NCBI GenBank assembly: GCA_026936335.1
Contig: JAPMXV010000069.1
Coordinates: 186,001 to 250,000 of the forward strand
Source of the DNA: Mantamonas sphyraenae STR306
Lineage: Eukaryota > Protista > CRuMs
DNA length: 64,000 nt
Reading direction: 5' to 3'
Part shown: piece after piece, positions 30,918-42,000 of the stretch
Position numbering within the stretch: the stretch's first letter is position 1
How the letters are laid out: every line of letters begins with the position of its first letter
Position numbers and translations under genes: made by a program
Notes under the pieces: generated by a model
What the model was told of the DNA's origin: nothing
Seen by the model: only the letters and a program-made list of their open reading frames with translations
The model's database searches: none

Positions 30918-33816
30918 ATGCGTCCTCGCCCATCCGTGACAATGTTGTCTCGGCAGACAACAGCTGCTATCCACCGCAAGGCACCCTCGTATATGCGGGC
31001 AGGCCTGACGGCAGACCTGATGCTGCATCAGTACTTTTACGGTGTTGGACTTTCCATCCACAGGCACCGTTGCGCGTGGCTAGCTCTGCCGTTCATTGTG
31101 GCGATGTTTTTCTCGGTTTTCCCTGGTACGTGGCGTGTGTCCATCGCGCTGACGTCTCTGTCTCCGAACCAGCAGAGCCCGTACGTGGTTCTGGGCACGC
31201 GGTTTGGATACGAAAACTTTCTTTCTGCGTTGATTGTTGCCGACACTCCCCAGGCGTCGGTTGATGCATTTGCACCGGCCCTCGCGGTCGTCAACACAAC
31301 CATGTACAAAACGACGGGTTTGGACGTGAGGGGAGCGATGACCACGTATGCACGGGAGTGCACACCTGCGGTGCCGTCGGCCGATCGTGTGGTCTCGACG
31401 CACACCGCTGGAAACGGCCCGTGCCTGGTTGTCTCGCCGGTGGAAAGCGTGTCCACGGCGCTCCCGCAGCCTGGTCCAGAGGCGTTTGTGCAGTCGACAT
31501 CCGCTGGAATCCGATCTGTGCGTGGCTTTTGGTATCTGGGCACTGTAAGTTGCGGGGGTTTTCGGGGGGCTCTTAATGGGCAAGGTTCCGCTGGGAGTGT
31601 TGGAGAGTTGCTCGCGAGAGTTGCTCACACAGGCACCCTCACCACGCAGAGTATCGGTGCCGGGCCGGAAAAGTACAACATCAACAAGTTCTACTTGTTG
31701 ATGCAGTCGTCCAACGAGCTGCTGGCGTCAGCGGCTCTGCCGAGTGGCATGCGCGTTTTCTCCCTTCCTTCACACGTGACCACACCCAGCGTGGACTTGG
31801 TTCCTCTGTGGCTGTTGACTACGCTTCTGGTGGTATTGGTGATTGGGACGTCGTGCTCGGTGCACAGCAAGGCAGTGGTGGGCGTGGTGGCGGTGATCAA
31901 CGTGTGGCTGAGTGTGTACATGTGTATGGGCATTGCCACACTGCTTGGACTGGACCTGGACCTGATGGGCCTGATTGCCATCCTATACGTGGTGAGCATT
32001 GGGTTGGACGACTGCGTGCTGATCATGACGGCGGCACGGAGGACGGATCCGACGCACTCGCCGTCGCGGCGGCTTGCCACGGCGCTGGGAGAGTCGGCCA
32101 CGTCGATTTTCATGACGACACTCACCGACGTGGCTGTGTTTACGCCGGGCATGTTTAGCACGTCGCCGACACTGTCGCAATTCTGTGCGTTCATCTCGTG
32201 CATTCTGATTGTGGACTTTTTGCTGCAGATGACCTTTTTCGTGGCGGCGCTGGCCATCGATCTGGAGAGGGAGAAAGCACGGAGGCCAGAGTGTCTGGTG
32301 TGCATCAAGCTGCCGGCCAAAGAGGAAGGGGCGAGCCCGGTGTCGCAGCGGGGTGCGTCGACTGCAGGATTGGTGGAGGTCGAGTCGACGGCGATGGACA
32401 CGAGCGCCACGGACGAGGCAGCAAACACGACACGATCTGCACACACTGAAGAGAAGGAGAAGCAAAAGATGATGTCTGTGGCGGGGCATTCGCTGCGGCA
32501 GGTGGCGTTGCCTGCAGACGAGTACGACTCGACGGTGCTGTCGATGTCGGATCGGCTGAGCATCGCGTGGGGCCGCTTTGTGGTGACACGCGCAGGCCAA
32601 GTGGTGTGTTTGGTGGTGATGTTGGGACTGTTGGGGACGTCTGTGTACGGTGCGATGCTGGATCTGGATGCGACGGGTCGGTTCGGCGCGAGCGTGCCGG
32701 GACGGGACGCGCACCGAGCCATCCAAACGTCGTACCAGCACTTTCCCAAGGGCCAGCCACAGGAGGTGTCGTTTCTGATTGACGGAGCCAAGGTGCGGGT
32801 GTGGGAGGCAGGGGCGCAGGCGCGCATTTTGGAGGCGTGTGCGCTGATGGAGACGTTGCCGACGAGCGTGCGTGTGCCACAGGTGCCTGTACGCTGCTGG
32901 ATGCGAGACATGCTGGTTTGGCACGCGGTGAACGGATCCAACATGTCGCTGGCCGGAGAGAAGGAGTTTGCGTTGGCGGCGCGTGCGTTTATGGCCTCGT
33001 CGCCGTTGGCGGCTCAGGCACGGCGAGACGTGTTGTTTTTCGCCGGCTGGAGATCGCATTGACACGTCGCGTCTGTGGATGCTGTACCAGTACACGCCAG
33101 ATGTGGCGGTGGCCAAGCAGCAGCTGGCGACAGTGCAGAAGCACATGGCAAGTGTGCTGGATGCTGTGGTGGAGGGCCCTGCGTGCTTGGGGCTGGGTGA
33201 CGTCGTGATGGTGCCGCTGCTGGTGGAGCAGATGTTTGTGCAGGTGTTGATCTCGGTGACGCTGGTGGGAGCGATCTGCGCCGTGCTTCTGATCAACCCG
33301 CTGACGTCTGTGATTGTGCTTGTGTCGATGTTTGTGAGCTGCACGGCGTCGGTGGCGTTGATCAAGTTTGCAGGCCTGGGGGTGACGTACTTTGTGTTTT
33401 TGATGACGTTTGTGACGCTGTCGTCGGGCGTGGATTTCGCGGCGCACATGGTGCTGCACTTTAACACGGCGCGCGGATCGATCGACAGGCGCATCCAGCG
33501 CATGTTTGCGTCGATGGGCAGCAGTGTGATTGGCGGATACTTGACGTCGTCGTCGGCGGCGACGGCGTTGCTGTTTACAGACGGCGGCAGCTTTACGTTT
33601 TACTTTTCGTTTCAGGCGTGTATGATGATCTCGCTGATGTTTTCCTGGTTTGCGGTGCCGTTGATGCTGCAGTGGTTCAAGCCGCCCGTGGCGTTGCGGT
33701 CGTACGAACAAGAGCAGCGGTTGAACGCGAGGATTGCCGAGTTGGACCAGCTGGAGGCGAGGTGGAGGTATCGGAAGAGCATGAAAAAGAGTGGGTCTGA
33801 GGTTGTGGAGGCGTAG
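30918..33816 (+). pseudogene. Patched/NPC1-like copy 3; intron 31545-31649; +1 frameshift at 33036-33040 (pseudogene or assembly error)
   Basis: T5 here versus T4 in copies 1 and 2 splits the ORF. Otherwise intact. Confidence 0.6.
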
Positions 33817-33912
33817 AGGGAGAGCAAGAGGAATGTAGGTGAGCATTGTGTACCATATGGAAATCTCTGCCCTGCGCAGGTGGGGCCAACTCGGTGGGGG
33901 ACTGTGTGTGGG

Positions 33913-35286
33913 ATGTCGATTCAGAGGAAGGAACCCGAGGCGTCGACACCGCTGCTGGTGCAAGGAGAGGCTGGCGGGGAGAGGCATCCGCGGATCAACG
34001 TGGTTCAGATCTGCGTCGGGTTTGTGGCGACGATTCTGGCAGCCGGTGTGGTGTCCACGTTTATGCCGCTGCAGCCGTTGCTGATTTCCGTAGGCGTGTT
34101 TGGGGACGAGTGCACGTTGGGGCCGACGACAGGGTGCAGCGCCCAGTACGACGCATTGAGCCTACTCTACACGGTAACTTCGGGCGCATCTGTGGGCGGG
34201 GGCATCGTTGCAGGACTGATTTTCGATAGGACGGGGCCTCGTGGGGCGGCCATCATTGGGGCGCTTGGTTGCGTCGTGGGGCTGCTGGGCATCGGGGTTG
34301 CGTCTGCGTTTCCCGCTCTCAACTCGCTCTTGTTTGTGTTTTTCCCGCTGACAGACCTGTGTGGCTACCTAAACTCGTTTGCGCTATCGGGGTTTGTGTA
34401 CGCGAAGCCGGCCCACATGTCGTTGATCATCGGCCTGTCTGCAGCGAGCTATCAGGCGAGCGGGTTGCTGTCCCTGGTGATGGTGGGCCTCTCGCGGTGG
34501 ATGTCTGTTCCGTGGACGTTTGCGGTGTTTGCAGCGGCTGCTCTGGTGTCTGCGCTGGTGTCGCTGTGGGCGTTCCCTTCGCAGAAGCACTACTTTGCCA
34601 TGGCGAGCGAGGTCCTCGGGGTGCCGATGGGCAAGGAGTCGCGCACGCTGTGGCGACGCGTCGTGGACATGCTTGGGGTGATGGGAAACAACCCCGTGGA
34701 AAACGGGGCGTATGTGGGCAACCTGGTGGCGACGTACACCTACATGAATCTCTTTCCTGCGCTGGCTCTGCACATGTGGACAGAGATGTTTGCGAAAACC
34801 GAGGCATTCTGGCTGGCGGACATCTGGGGCCTGTTGAACGGGTTTGGGGGCATGGTGCTGTCGCCGTGCATGGGCCACGTGGTGGATCATGTGGGGATCG
34901 TGCGTGGCGAGGTCGGGGTGGGGCTGCTGCTGAGCGGGTGGCTGGCTGTGCTGTGGTGGCCACACACGGGGTTACAAATTGCAAGCATGTGCTTGGGTGT
35001 GGCGTATTTGTCGGCGTGGAGCATCTTTTTGCAGCGGTGGACCGTGGCGACGATGCCCGCTGACTTGATCGGGACAACGTACGGGGTGCTGATGTCGCTG
35101 TGCGGCGTGCTGCAGCTGGGCTTGAACGCTGCCACCGAAGCACTGGTGCCTGCGTCTGGGTTGAGCCAGTTTCTGGTGCCTCTCGGGGTGTGGGGCGCCG
35201 TGGATGCAGTGAGCACGGCCGTGTTTGTTGCCGTGTTGATTGCGCGCGGGGTTCCCGAGTTTGGGGACCAGCAGGGAGGAAAGTGA
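33913..35286 (+). CDS. MFS transporter (SLC43/LAT3/FMP42-like)
   Basis: About 12 TM segments and motif A GLIFDRTGPR. N-terminal EASTPLL dileucine-type sorting signal. Confidence 0.82.
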   Translation: MSIQRKEPEASTPLLVQGEAGGERHPRINVVQICVGFVATILAAGVVSTFMPLQPLLISVGVFGDECTLGPTTGCSAQYDALSLLYTVTSGASVGGGIVAGLIFDRTGPRGAAIIGALGCVVGLLGIGVASAFPALNSLLFVFFPLTDLCGYLNSFALSGFVYAKPAHMSLIIGLSAASYQASGLLSLVMVGLSRWMSVPWTFAVFAAAALVSALVSLWAFPSQKHYFAMASEVLGVPMGKESRTLWRRVVDMLGVMGNNPVENGAYVGNLVATYTYMNLFPALALHMWTEMFAKTEAFWLADIWGLLNGFGGMVLSPCMGHVVDHVGIVRGEVGVGLLLSGWLAVLWWPHTGLQIASMCLGVAYLSAWSIFLQRWTVATMPADLIGTTYGVLMSLCGVLQLGLNAATEALVPASGLSQFLVPLGVWGAVDAVSTAVFVAVLIARGVPEFGDQQGGK

Positions 35287-35330
35287 AACGAGGTGTGGGT
35301 GGTTGTGTGTTGTTGTTCATTGCTCATTGC

Positions 35331-36929
35331 TCATTGCTCAGAGTCCTGCGCGACGCGCTGTTTCTTGTCGGTGTGGTCGTCGGCGTCGTCGTCGTCGTCC
35401 TCGTCGCCATCATTGTCGTCTGCGTCGTCGCTGGACTTGCGCTTGAGGCCTGTGGCGCGTGCCTTTGGGCCCCAGTTCTTTTCCGGATTGGGAAAGTAGC
35501 GCGGCACAGAGGTTTGGTTGAGGCCCTGGACGAGGTCGAAGCTGACGGCGCGGGTCTGTTCTTTGGCGAGGATGCGCCTGCTGGGGCTTGTGTCGCTGAC
35601 CTTTGCACTGACGGGGTTGTCCTTGACAAACTCGCGGAAAATGTCGTAGATGGCGTCGATGGGAGCGTCTGTCTTGAGGCTGTTGGGTTTGCAGTGGGCG
35701 CGTGAGACCCGGTAGCCCAGGTTTGCAATGGCGCTGTCAAAGGTGTGGAGGGGAGGCGTGGTGCAGTGGAGGGTGTTGCACAGGGAGGGCAGGTGATAAA
35801 ACAGGGGCATGTCGGGCAGCTCCTCCAGGGCGGCGGTGAGGAAGCCGCGGATGCGCTTGGAGGTGGCGAGTGGGGCCTGCCAGGCGTCGTTGTCGTCGAG
35901 GTTGGCCAGCATGGCGCGGACAAAGGACTGGTCGTGAATGGGGTCTGTCCACAGAGGGCCTCCCTTTTTCAGGGGGCCGTCGCATTCGGGGCAGCGGTGC
36001 GGGACGGAGCCGGTGGTCGGGGCGCGGTGCACGGAGGAGCCATTGGGCTTCTGCACAGTGAGGCCGAGGGGCTCTGTGTAAAAGGCCGGGCAGTTTTGGC
36101 ACTGGAAGTAGTGGGAGAGCTGGGACGGGAGCTTCTTGACGCGTGCGCCGCCGTCGCGGACGCGGACAAATACGCGAAAGTAAAAGTCGATGGAGAGGGA
36201 GAGGAGGGGCTCGATGGCTCGCTTCTGGACGGCGGCACGGGAGGCAATGGAGGAGAGCATGACACGGAGGGCGGCCTCGTGGCAGTAGGGGGTCTTGAGC
36301 ACGATGCTGCCGTAGTTTGCATAGCTGACCTCGGGGTGGTTGCCGCAGAGGACGCCAGCGTCGGTGCAGGTGATGCACAACAGGCCGCCGTTGGCGACAC
36401 TCTGGACGGCAGCGTCGAGGAACGGGGCCACGGTGCCGTAAGGGTCGAGGTCGATGACCTGGAACTGGTCGAGCTTGGCACGGTGGGCAAGCATGGCCAT
36501 GTTTGCGTCGTCGCAGTTGGGCCGGATGCGCTCGGGGTCCAGGTCGTTGGCCAGGACGTTTTGGCGGATCTGATCGACGGCGGCCGTGTCGATGTCGTTC
36601 ACCACAATGGATTCGACGTCTGGGATCTCCTTGGCATAGCGGATGGACCGGAGGCCCGTGGCGGCCAGCGCCTCGAGGATGGTGAGCGGTGGGATGGGTT
36701 TGGAGGAGGAGGAGGAGGAGGAGGAGGAGGAGGGGGTTGGGTTGCGGCGCAGAGAGTCGAATGTGCGGATGGCCAGGATGGAGGTGTCGCGGTTAAAGAC
36801 TTGGACCGGGTTGTAAAAGACGGTGTTGTTGGGGTTGGGGATGGAGGCCAGGCCTTCGGTGATGGGGCTAGAGGTGGTGGACATTTTGGAGAGAGTGTGT
36901 TGGGTGTGGCGCAAAGGCCGGGTGAACAT
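35331..36929 (-). CDS. TRM1: tRNA (guanine26-N2)-dimethyltransferase; alternative starts at 36929 and 36884
   Basis: VFYNPVQVFNRD, ILEALAATGLRSIRY, IDLDPYG, two CxxC motifs, LKTDAP and PNPEKNWGPK. Confidence 0.96.
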   Translation of the reverse strand: MFTRPLRHTQHTLSKMSTTSSPITEGLASIPNPNNTVFYNPVQVFNRDTSILAIRTFDSLRRNPTPSSSSSSSSSSKPIPPLTILEALAATGLRSIRYAKEIPDVESIVVNDIDTAAVDQIRQNVLANDLDPERIRPNCDDANMAMLAHRAKLDQFQVIDLDPYGTVAPFLDAAVQSVANGGLLCITCTDAGVLCGNHPEVSYANYGSIVLKTPYCHEAALRVMLSSIASRAAVQKRAIEPLLSLSIDFYFRVFVRVRDGGARVKKLPSQLSHYFQCQNCPAFYTEPLGLTVQKPNGSSVHRAPTTGSVPHRCPECDGPLKKGGPLWTDPIHDQSFVRAMLANLDDNDAWQAPLATSKRIRGFLTAALEELPDMPLFYHLPSLCNTLHCTTPPLHTFDSAIANLGYRVSRAHCKPNSLKTDAPIDAIYDIFREFVKDNPVSAKVSDTSPSRRILAKEQTRAVSFDLVQGLNQTSVPRYFPNPEKNWGPKARATGLKRKSSDDADDNDGDEDDDDDADDHTDKKQRVAQDSEQ

Positions 36930-36970
36930 TGGGGTGGGGGAGGGCGGGCGGCGGCAGGGGGGCCAACACG

Positions 36971-38260
36971 ATGAGCAGCAGCAGCAGCAGCAGCAGCGGC
37001 GGAGTCTCGACACTGGAACACGTGCTGTCGGTGTCGGCGGAGGTGGACGGAGACATGGTGGAGGACGTGGTGCGGGAAATGGCCAGCATGTGCCAGGACG
37101 TGGAGGACATGGAGGCGAGGGCAGAAGCGGCGGCGACAGGTTTGGTGAAAACGGGGCTGCGGCACTTGGGTCGTGTTTTGACGCGTATCCAGGTGACGAT
37201 GGGCATGGGCATGGTTCTGGGCAACGAGGAGATGATGATGGGCGAGGCGATGGGGGCATGCTACGTGGAGGCGTACCAGGTGGTGAAAACAGCCCACGAG
37301 GCGCTGAGGCAGCGGGAGGGCCACGACGTGCTGATGGAGAGCCTGGTGGCGCTGGACGAGCTGCGTGCGTCGCTGGACGAAATCCTGAACGGAGTGCCCG
37401 GAAAGGGTCCGGAAATCGACGTGCTGCGTCTGACAGACCTGTTGGAGGAGATGCGGGCAGTGACGGCAGAGGCACACTCGTGCAAAACGGAGACGGTGAG
37501 CACGAAAGAACGGGAGTTTGCGGCGGCCGAGGCGGAGAGGAAGCGCTGCGAGGACAAGGTGGCGTCGCTGGAGGGCCAAATCGCACAGACGAGGGCACAC
37601 AAACGAAACATGGAGCAAAAGGCAGCCGAGATGGAGGAAAAGATACAGCGGGACTATCCGGAGGAGGAGGGGGAGGATTCGGACGACGAGTTTGCGGATA
37701 TGTTTGCGGACATGAAGCAGGCGGACGTGGACGCACGGCAGAGCTTTGTGGACGAGGTGGAAAAGGCAGAGGAGAGTCTGGACAGGATGGTGCCGGAGCT
37801 GGCAGAAGCCAAGGATGCGGCGGAGGAGGCGGAGTTGGTGGCGAGTGCGAAAAAGGCCGAGTTTGACCAGGCAAAGGCGTGTGCAGAGATGCTGGACCTG
37901 CGCTCAGCGACTCTGACCAACGATTTTGCGGCGGGGACGATTGGGGTGTTGCAGGCGCTGCAGGACGAGGCGTTGAACTTTGCGGGGAGGATGGACGAGA
38001 TTGCGCAGCAGTTTGAGGACCAGGACGCGGCGCGCAAGGCGATCGAGAAGGAGCTGGAGGCGTTGGGGGAATGTGTCAAGGAGGCCAAGGAGGAGATGGA
38101 GGCACAGGGCAAGGAATTGGAAAAGGGCCAGGCCAAGGCAAGGAAGAAGATGATGAAGAGCGTGCAGTTGCTGATGAACAAGGTGAAGGATCACGGGGAG
38201 CGGATGGGCAAGATGGAGATTGTTGTGTCTGGGGCTGGAATCGAGGCGAGGCTGGCGTAA
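36971..38260 (+). CDS. Coiled-coil protein, unknown function
   Basis: ~430-aa ORF with + strand codon bias and an E/A/K-rich helical pattern. GGGGCCAAC lies just upstream. Confidence 0.7.
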   Translation: MSSSSSSSSGGVSTLEHVLSVSAEVDGDMVEDVVREMASMCQDVEDMEARAEAAATGLVKTGLRHLGRVLTRIQVTMGMGMVLGNEEMMMGEAMGACYVEAYQVVKTAHEALRQREGHDVLMESLVALDELRASLDEILNGVPGKGPEIDVLRLTDLLEEMRAVTAEAHSCKTETVSTKEREFAAAEAERKRCEDKVASLEGQIAQTRAHKRNMEQKAAEMEEKIQRDYPEEEGEDSDDEFADMFADMKQADVDARQSFVDEVEKAEESLDRMVPELAEAKDAAEEAELVASAKKAEFDQAKACAEMLDLRSATLTNDFAAGTIGVLQALQDEALNFAGRMDEIAQQFEDQDAARKAIEKELEALGECVKEAKEEMEAQGKELEKGQAKARKKMMKSVQLLMNKVKDHGERMGKMEIVVSGAGIEARLA

Positions 38261-38323
38261 AGGGGGGGGGGAAGGGGAAGGGGAAGGGGAGAATGAAGGG
38301 CGCGTGTGGGGCCAACCTCGTCT

Positions 38324-38803
38324 ATGTCGAAGCGCGCGTCTCGGGCGGCAAAGGAACGGGTGACGTTGGGCCAGCCTGCGGCGGAGGAGGAGCTGGAGGC
38401 GCTGCTGGAGGCGCTGCGGGAGGGGGAGGAGATGTGGAGCGAGGAAGAGGTGCAAAAGGGCGGGGGCAAGTCGCTGGCAGACTCGCTGGCTGAGCTGCGG
38501 GCAGAAAACAGGAGCTTGACGGTGACGGTGAGGGACACGCAGCGTGTGTTGTTTTCGGTGGCGTTTGTGGCGCTGGTGGCGGCGTTTGCGGTGCAGGGGA
38601 TTGCGTTTGAAGCGCTTGTGGAGCGTGTGGGGGTGCAGGTGTTGCTGGTGTGTGATGTGGTGCTCGGGCTGTTGGCGGCATTTGTGGTAAAGGCAGGGCA
38701 CGGGGTGGTGAGGGCGTGGGTGGGCGTGGGTGGGATGGTGGCGGTGTATGGGGTGGTGGGTGCGGTGGTTGGAGGGGTGGTGATGGTGAGAGGGGGGGGG
38801 TGA
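38324..38803 (+). CDS. Small membrane protein (~3 TM), unknown
   Basis: 159-aa ORF with an acidic N-terminal half and a hydrophobic C-terminal half. GGGGCCAAC lies upstream. Confidence 0.6.
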   Translation: MSKRASRAAKERVTLGQPAAEEELEALLEALREGEEMWSEEEVQKGGGKSLADSLAELRAENRSLTVTVRDTQRVLFSVAFVALVAAFAVQGIAFEALVERVGVQVLLVCDVVLGLLAAFVVKAGHGVVRAWVGVGGMVAVYGVVGAVVGGVVMVRGGG

Positions 38804-39000
38804 TCAGGCACAGCACACTCCCGTTTCTCCATCGGATCGTCCAGCTTGAGTGTCACCCTGGCACACAGCCTCCTCACAACGGTGATGTCTCCCTCCGCGC
38901 CGCATCGACCGTGCGAGAGACTGGTTGGAATGGAAAACAGCGTCATGCATTGTACAACCCTATAACCCCCAAACCTCCACCTCCACCTCCAATCTTCCCA

Positions 39001-42000
39001 TCACCTCCTCCTTCCTCCCTTTTCTGGTCGCTTGCCGCCGCCAACCACGCGCTTTCCCTTTCCGGCCGTTCGAGACCTGCGATCGTCTGTCCTGCTGCTG
39101 CTGCTACTGCTGCTGCTGCTACTGCTGGACTGTGCTCGTCCTCGCACCCCGTCCACGCGCCTGGCGCTTTCTCTCATCCGGGACTCGTCACGGACCAACG
39201 TCATCGCCTCTTGCAAGAGCTGCCATGCACTTCCGACGTGACACAGGCACACGTGCCTTCCCATTTCTGCGGACACGTTGTTCAAGGCCTCGTCCCACTC
39301 TCCTGTCACAGGCCACACACTGCCGAGCTGGCACTCGAGGATGCGCATCAACGGCGTGTCACGTGGCATCGGCGAACCGCAGAGTCGATATTCGACGCGT
39401 TTCAGTCCGTCGACGACCATCCCTGTCATGCCGTGCACGTTCCCTCCCACAGCCCGCTTCAACGCCATTGCTGCGCCTTCGGTCCAACAATCGGCTCTGG
39501 CCTTTGACCCGTAGGCAAGGCCCCACTGCAGGGATGCGTTCTCTGGGGTGCTTGTGGCCAGACGGCCCAAGGTGGCGACGTCGAACCAAGGCCCATCCTT
39601 GACCGCCCACACTTGCACTTGTCCTTCTTCCGTGTGACGCACCGCGGGCACGGGCAGGCCGGACAGCTGCATGACAAAGTCCAGCAGTTCGCACTGTGCG
39701 TCCACGTCCATTTCCTCGTGCAGGTCGCTGTGGTGCTCGAAACCCTCGGCCATGGCTTTGGCCTCGCACACGCGGAACAGATCCACAACGTGCCGCATAC
39801 GCATTGCATGTCCGTCCTCCGATCTTGGTCGCAGCCTGTCCATGTGAAACTCGCTCGCACCACACGATTCCCTTCCAAACAGGTCCTCGAACGTGCTGGC
39901 AATCTCACGGTCTCCCGACACTCCTCCCAGCCGAACCACTTGCAAGGCCAGGCGAAACAGTCCGCTGCACACTCGCTCGGCGTCACGCCCGTTCATCCAT
40001 GCGAGCTCAGAGTCCACCACTGCCTCGGGCAGTGGTTCTTGCGCCACGCTTGTTGCTTTGATGCGTCCGTGTGCTCCCTTGGCCTGCAACTCGTCCAACG
40101 GGTCAAAGTTGTCCGACCATTCCTCTCCCTGGAACGGAAACGAAACCAGCGATCCAGACGTTTTGTCCAGCAACTCCAGGCGCACCACACGACCCATATC
40201 CAGACCCAGTGTGTCTCGCAGCTTGCTGTTCAGTCCTTCGACGTCCAACTCCACCTGGTCGCAGCCACATTGCATTCCCACTCCGGCGTACGAGAGCAGC
40301 GTCTGTGCGTCCAGATCCCACACGGCAAAGTCGCTGCTGCTCATGTGCTGCACGTGCTTCGTACACACGTCCTCCTGGCTCACCACGCCGCTTTCCAACA
40401 AACTGTCCACCACTTGGTTCGTCTTGACGATGGCTGTGTTGATCATCGCCAAAAAGGCGGTTCCTTCCAGCCGGTCGATCAGCATGGTTTGCAGCGGGCT
40501 GTCCATGTCCAGATCGACAGGCATCTGGTAGGTGGTGCAGTCCGCTTGATGCTGCCCAACCACCATCTTGAAGGCGTAAAAGCGCGTCGCATCCTCCTCA
40601 AGCAGTTCGCTGTCCTGCTCACCAACGGTGGAGTACGCTGCTTTGAAATCCAGCCACGCGTCCTCGAGATCCTCGTTACTTTGCAGAAAGACCCGCACGG
40701 TGAAATCCACGTCACCGCGACGCAATGGGGTCTCTTGCATGCGCTTGTGCACTGCATTCACCCACACCATCAGGTCGCGCACGAGCCCGGCATGCTGCAA
40801 CCCGTGCAACGTGGTGTCGTTCACCAAGGCAGACACCAGCGGAAAGCCTGCGTGCTGCTCGGGCCGGTGGTGCAACAGGTCAATCATTGCGTTCTGCGAC
40901 AGCGTGGGTTTGAATCGCCAGAGACGAGCGAGCAGCCGCTGGTCCGGATTGAGGTCGTCGTCCCTGCCCATTTCTGCCACGGCGTTCATCATGCGTTGAC
41001 TCTGTTCATGCTGCTGCGTCAGTCGCTGTTTGACCTGGTGTGCCACGTCACCCATGCGTGCGAGCAGGTGTCGTGAAGATCGCACAGCCGCAGCCTCCCA
41101 ATTCTCCCTTGCCTGTCTCGACTCGAGGGTGGCGGGCGCCTCGCGCATCTCGGGAACCAACTCTCGATCCAACCACGTATGCAGCGCAGTGCAGACTGTG
41201 CTCACATCCAGATCACTTTGCGAGCACATCACTTGCAAGTTTTCTTGCACTTGCTCCCAGGCATAGAGGCCCACCTTGGCCCGTGAAGACGGAGCCACAG
41301 GCTGGACAAACACACGGGCGTTGTCAGGCATCAGTTTGCACTCGGAGGCCAACAGCAGCGCCATGTGCACCAACAAGCGGATGGCCCGCAATTCCAGTGG
41401 ACGCATGGCTCGCTCCGTGGCTGCTGGTGGCTCGTGTACTGAAAAGTGGCTGAGGGTGCGATGAATCAGACCGGGAAAGGGATCGTGGACCACCTCCTCG
41501 TCGCGGCTCAGTGGTGCGTGCACACCGTTTCCGCCATCGATCCGTTGGTTTCCAGGGTACATTTGGTTGTACGCTGGACCACCCAGGCGCAGGTCATCGC
41601 GCACCTCGGCGTGATCACTGTCTGCGCACCAAGGACACAGGTTTCCCAGATGTTGCCCATTTCCCGCATGGTGGGGTGCACCAGCCACGTTGTTGCCACA
41701 GTTGCCCACGACGTACATGTAACCGCAGCGAGTGTGACGGTAGCGACTGACAGTGCCGCCCATTCCGGGTTGCCGCTTCTGCTCCAGCCATTCGTTTCGA
41801 AACACCATGGACAACTCGCCGGGCATGAACCACGCCGAAACCGCCTCTGGATTCTTCATCATGGTCCACAACACCCGAAGGCCTTGCACGTTCCTGTGTG
41901 CGGCCATCACGGTGGCGAAATGAGCCACGAGCGCTTGGGCCTCGATCTCTGCATCTGCGCCGCCATCTCGAATCCTCAGAGGCGAATCGTCCGTCTCAAA

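Larger units (their letters stand above)
24933..33851 (+). repeat. Tandem triplication of a ~2.97-kb gene unit
   Basis: Start codons at 24972, 27945 and 30918 (period 2973 bp). The copies are near-identical, including flanks. Confidence 0.97.
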
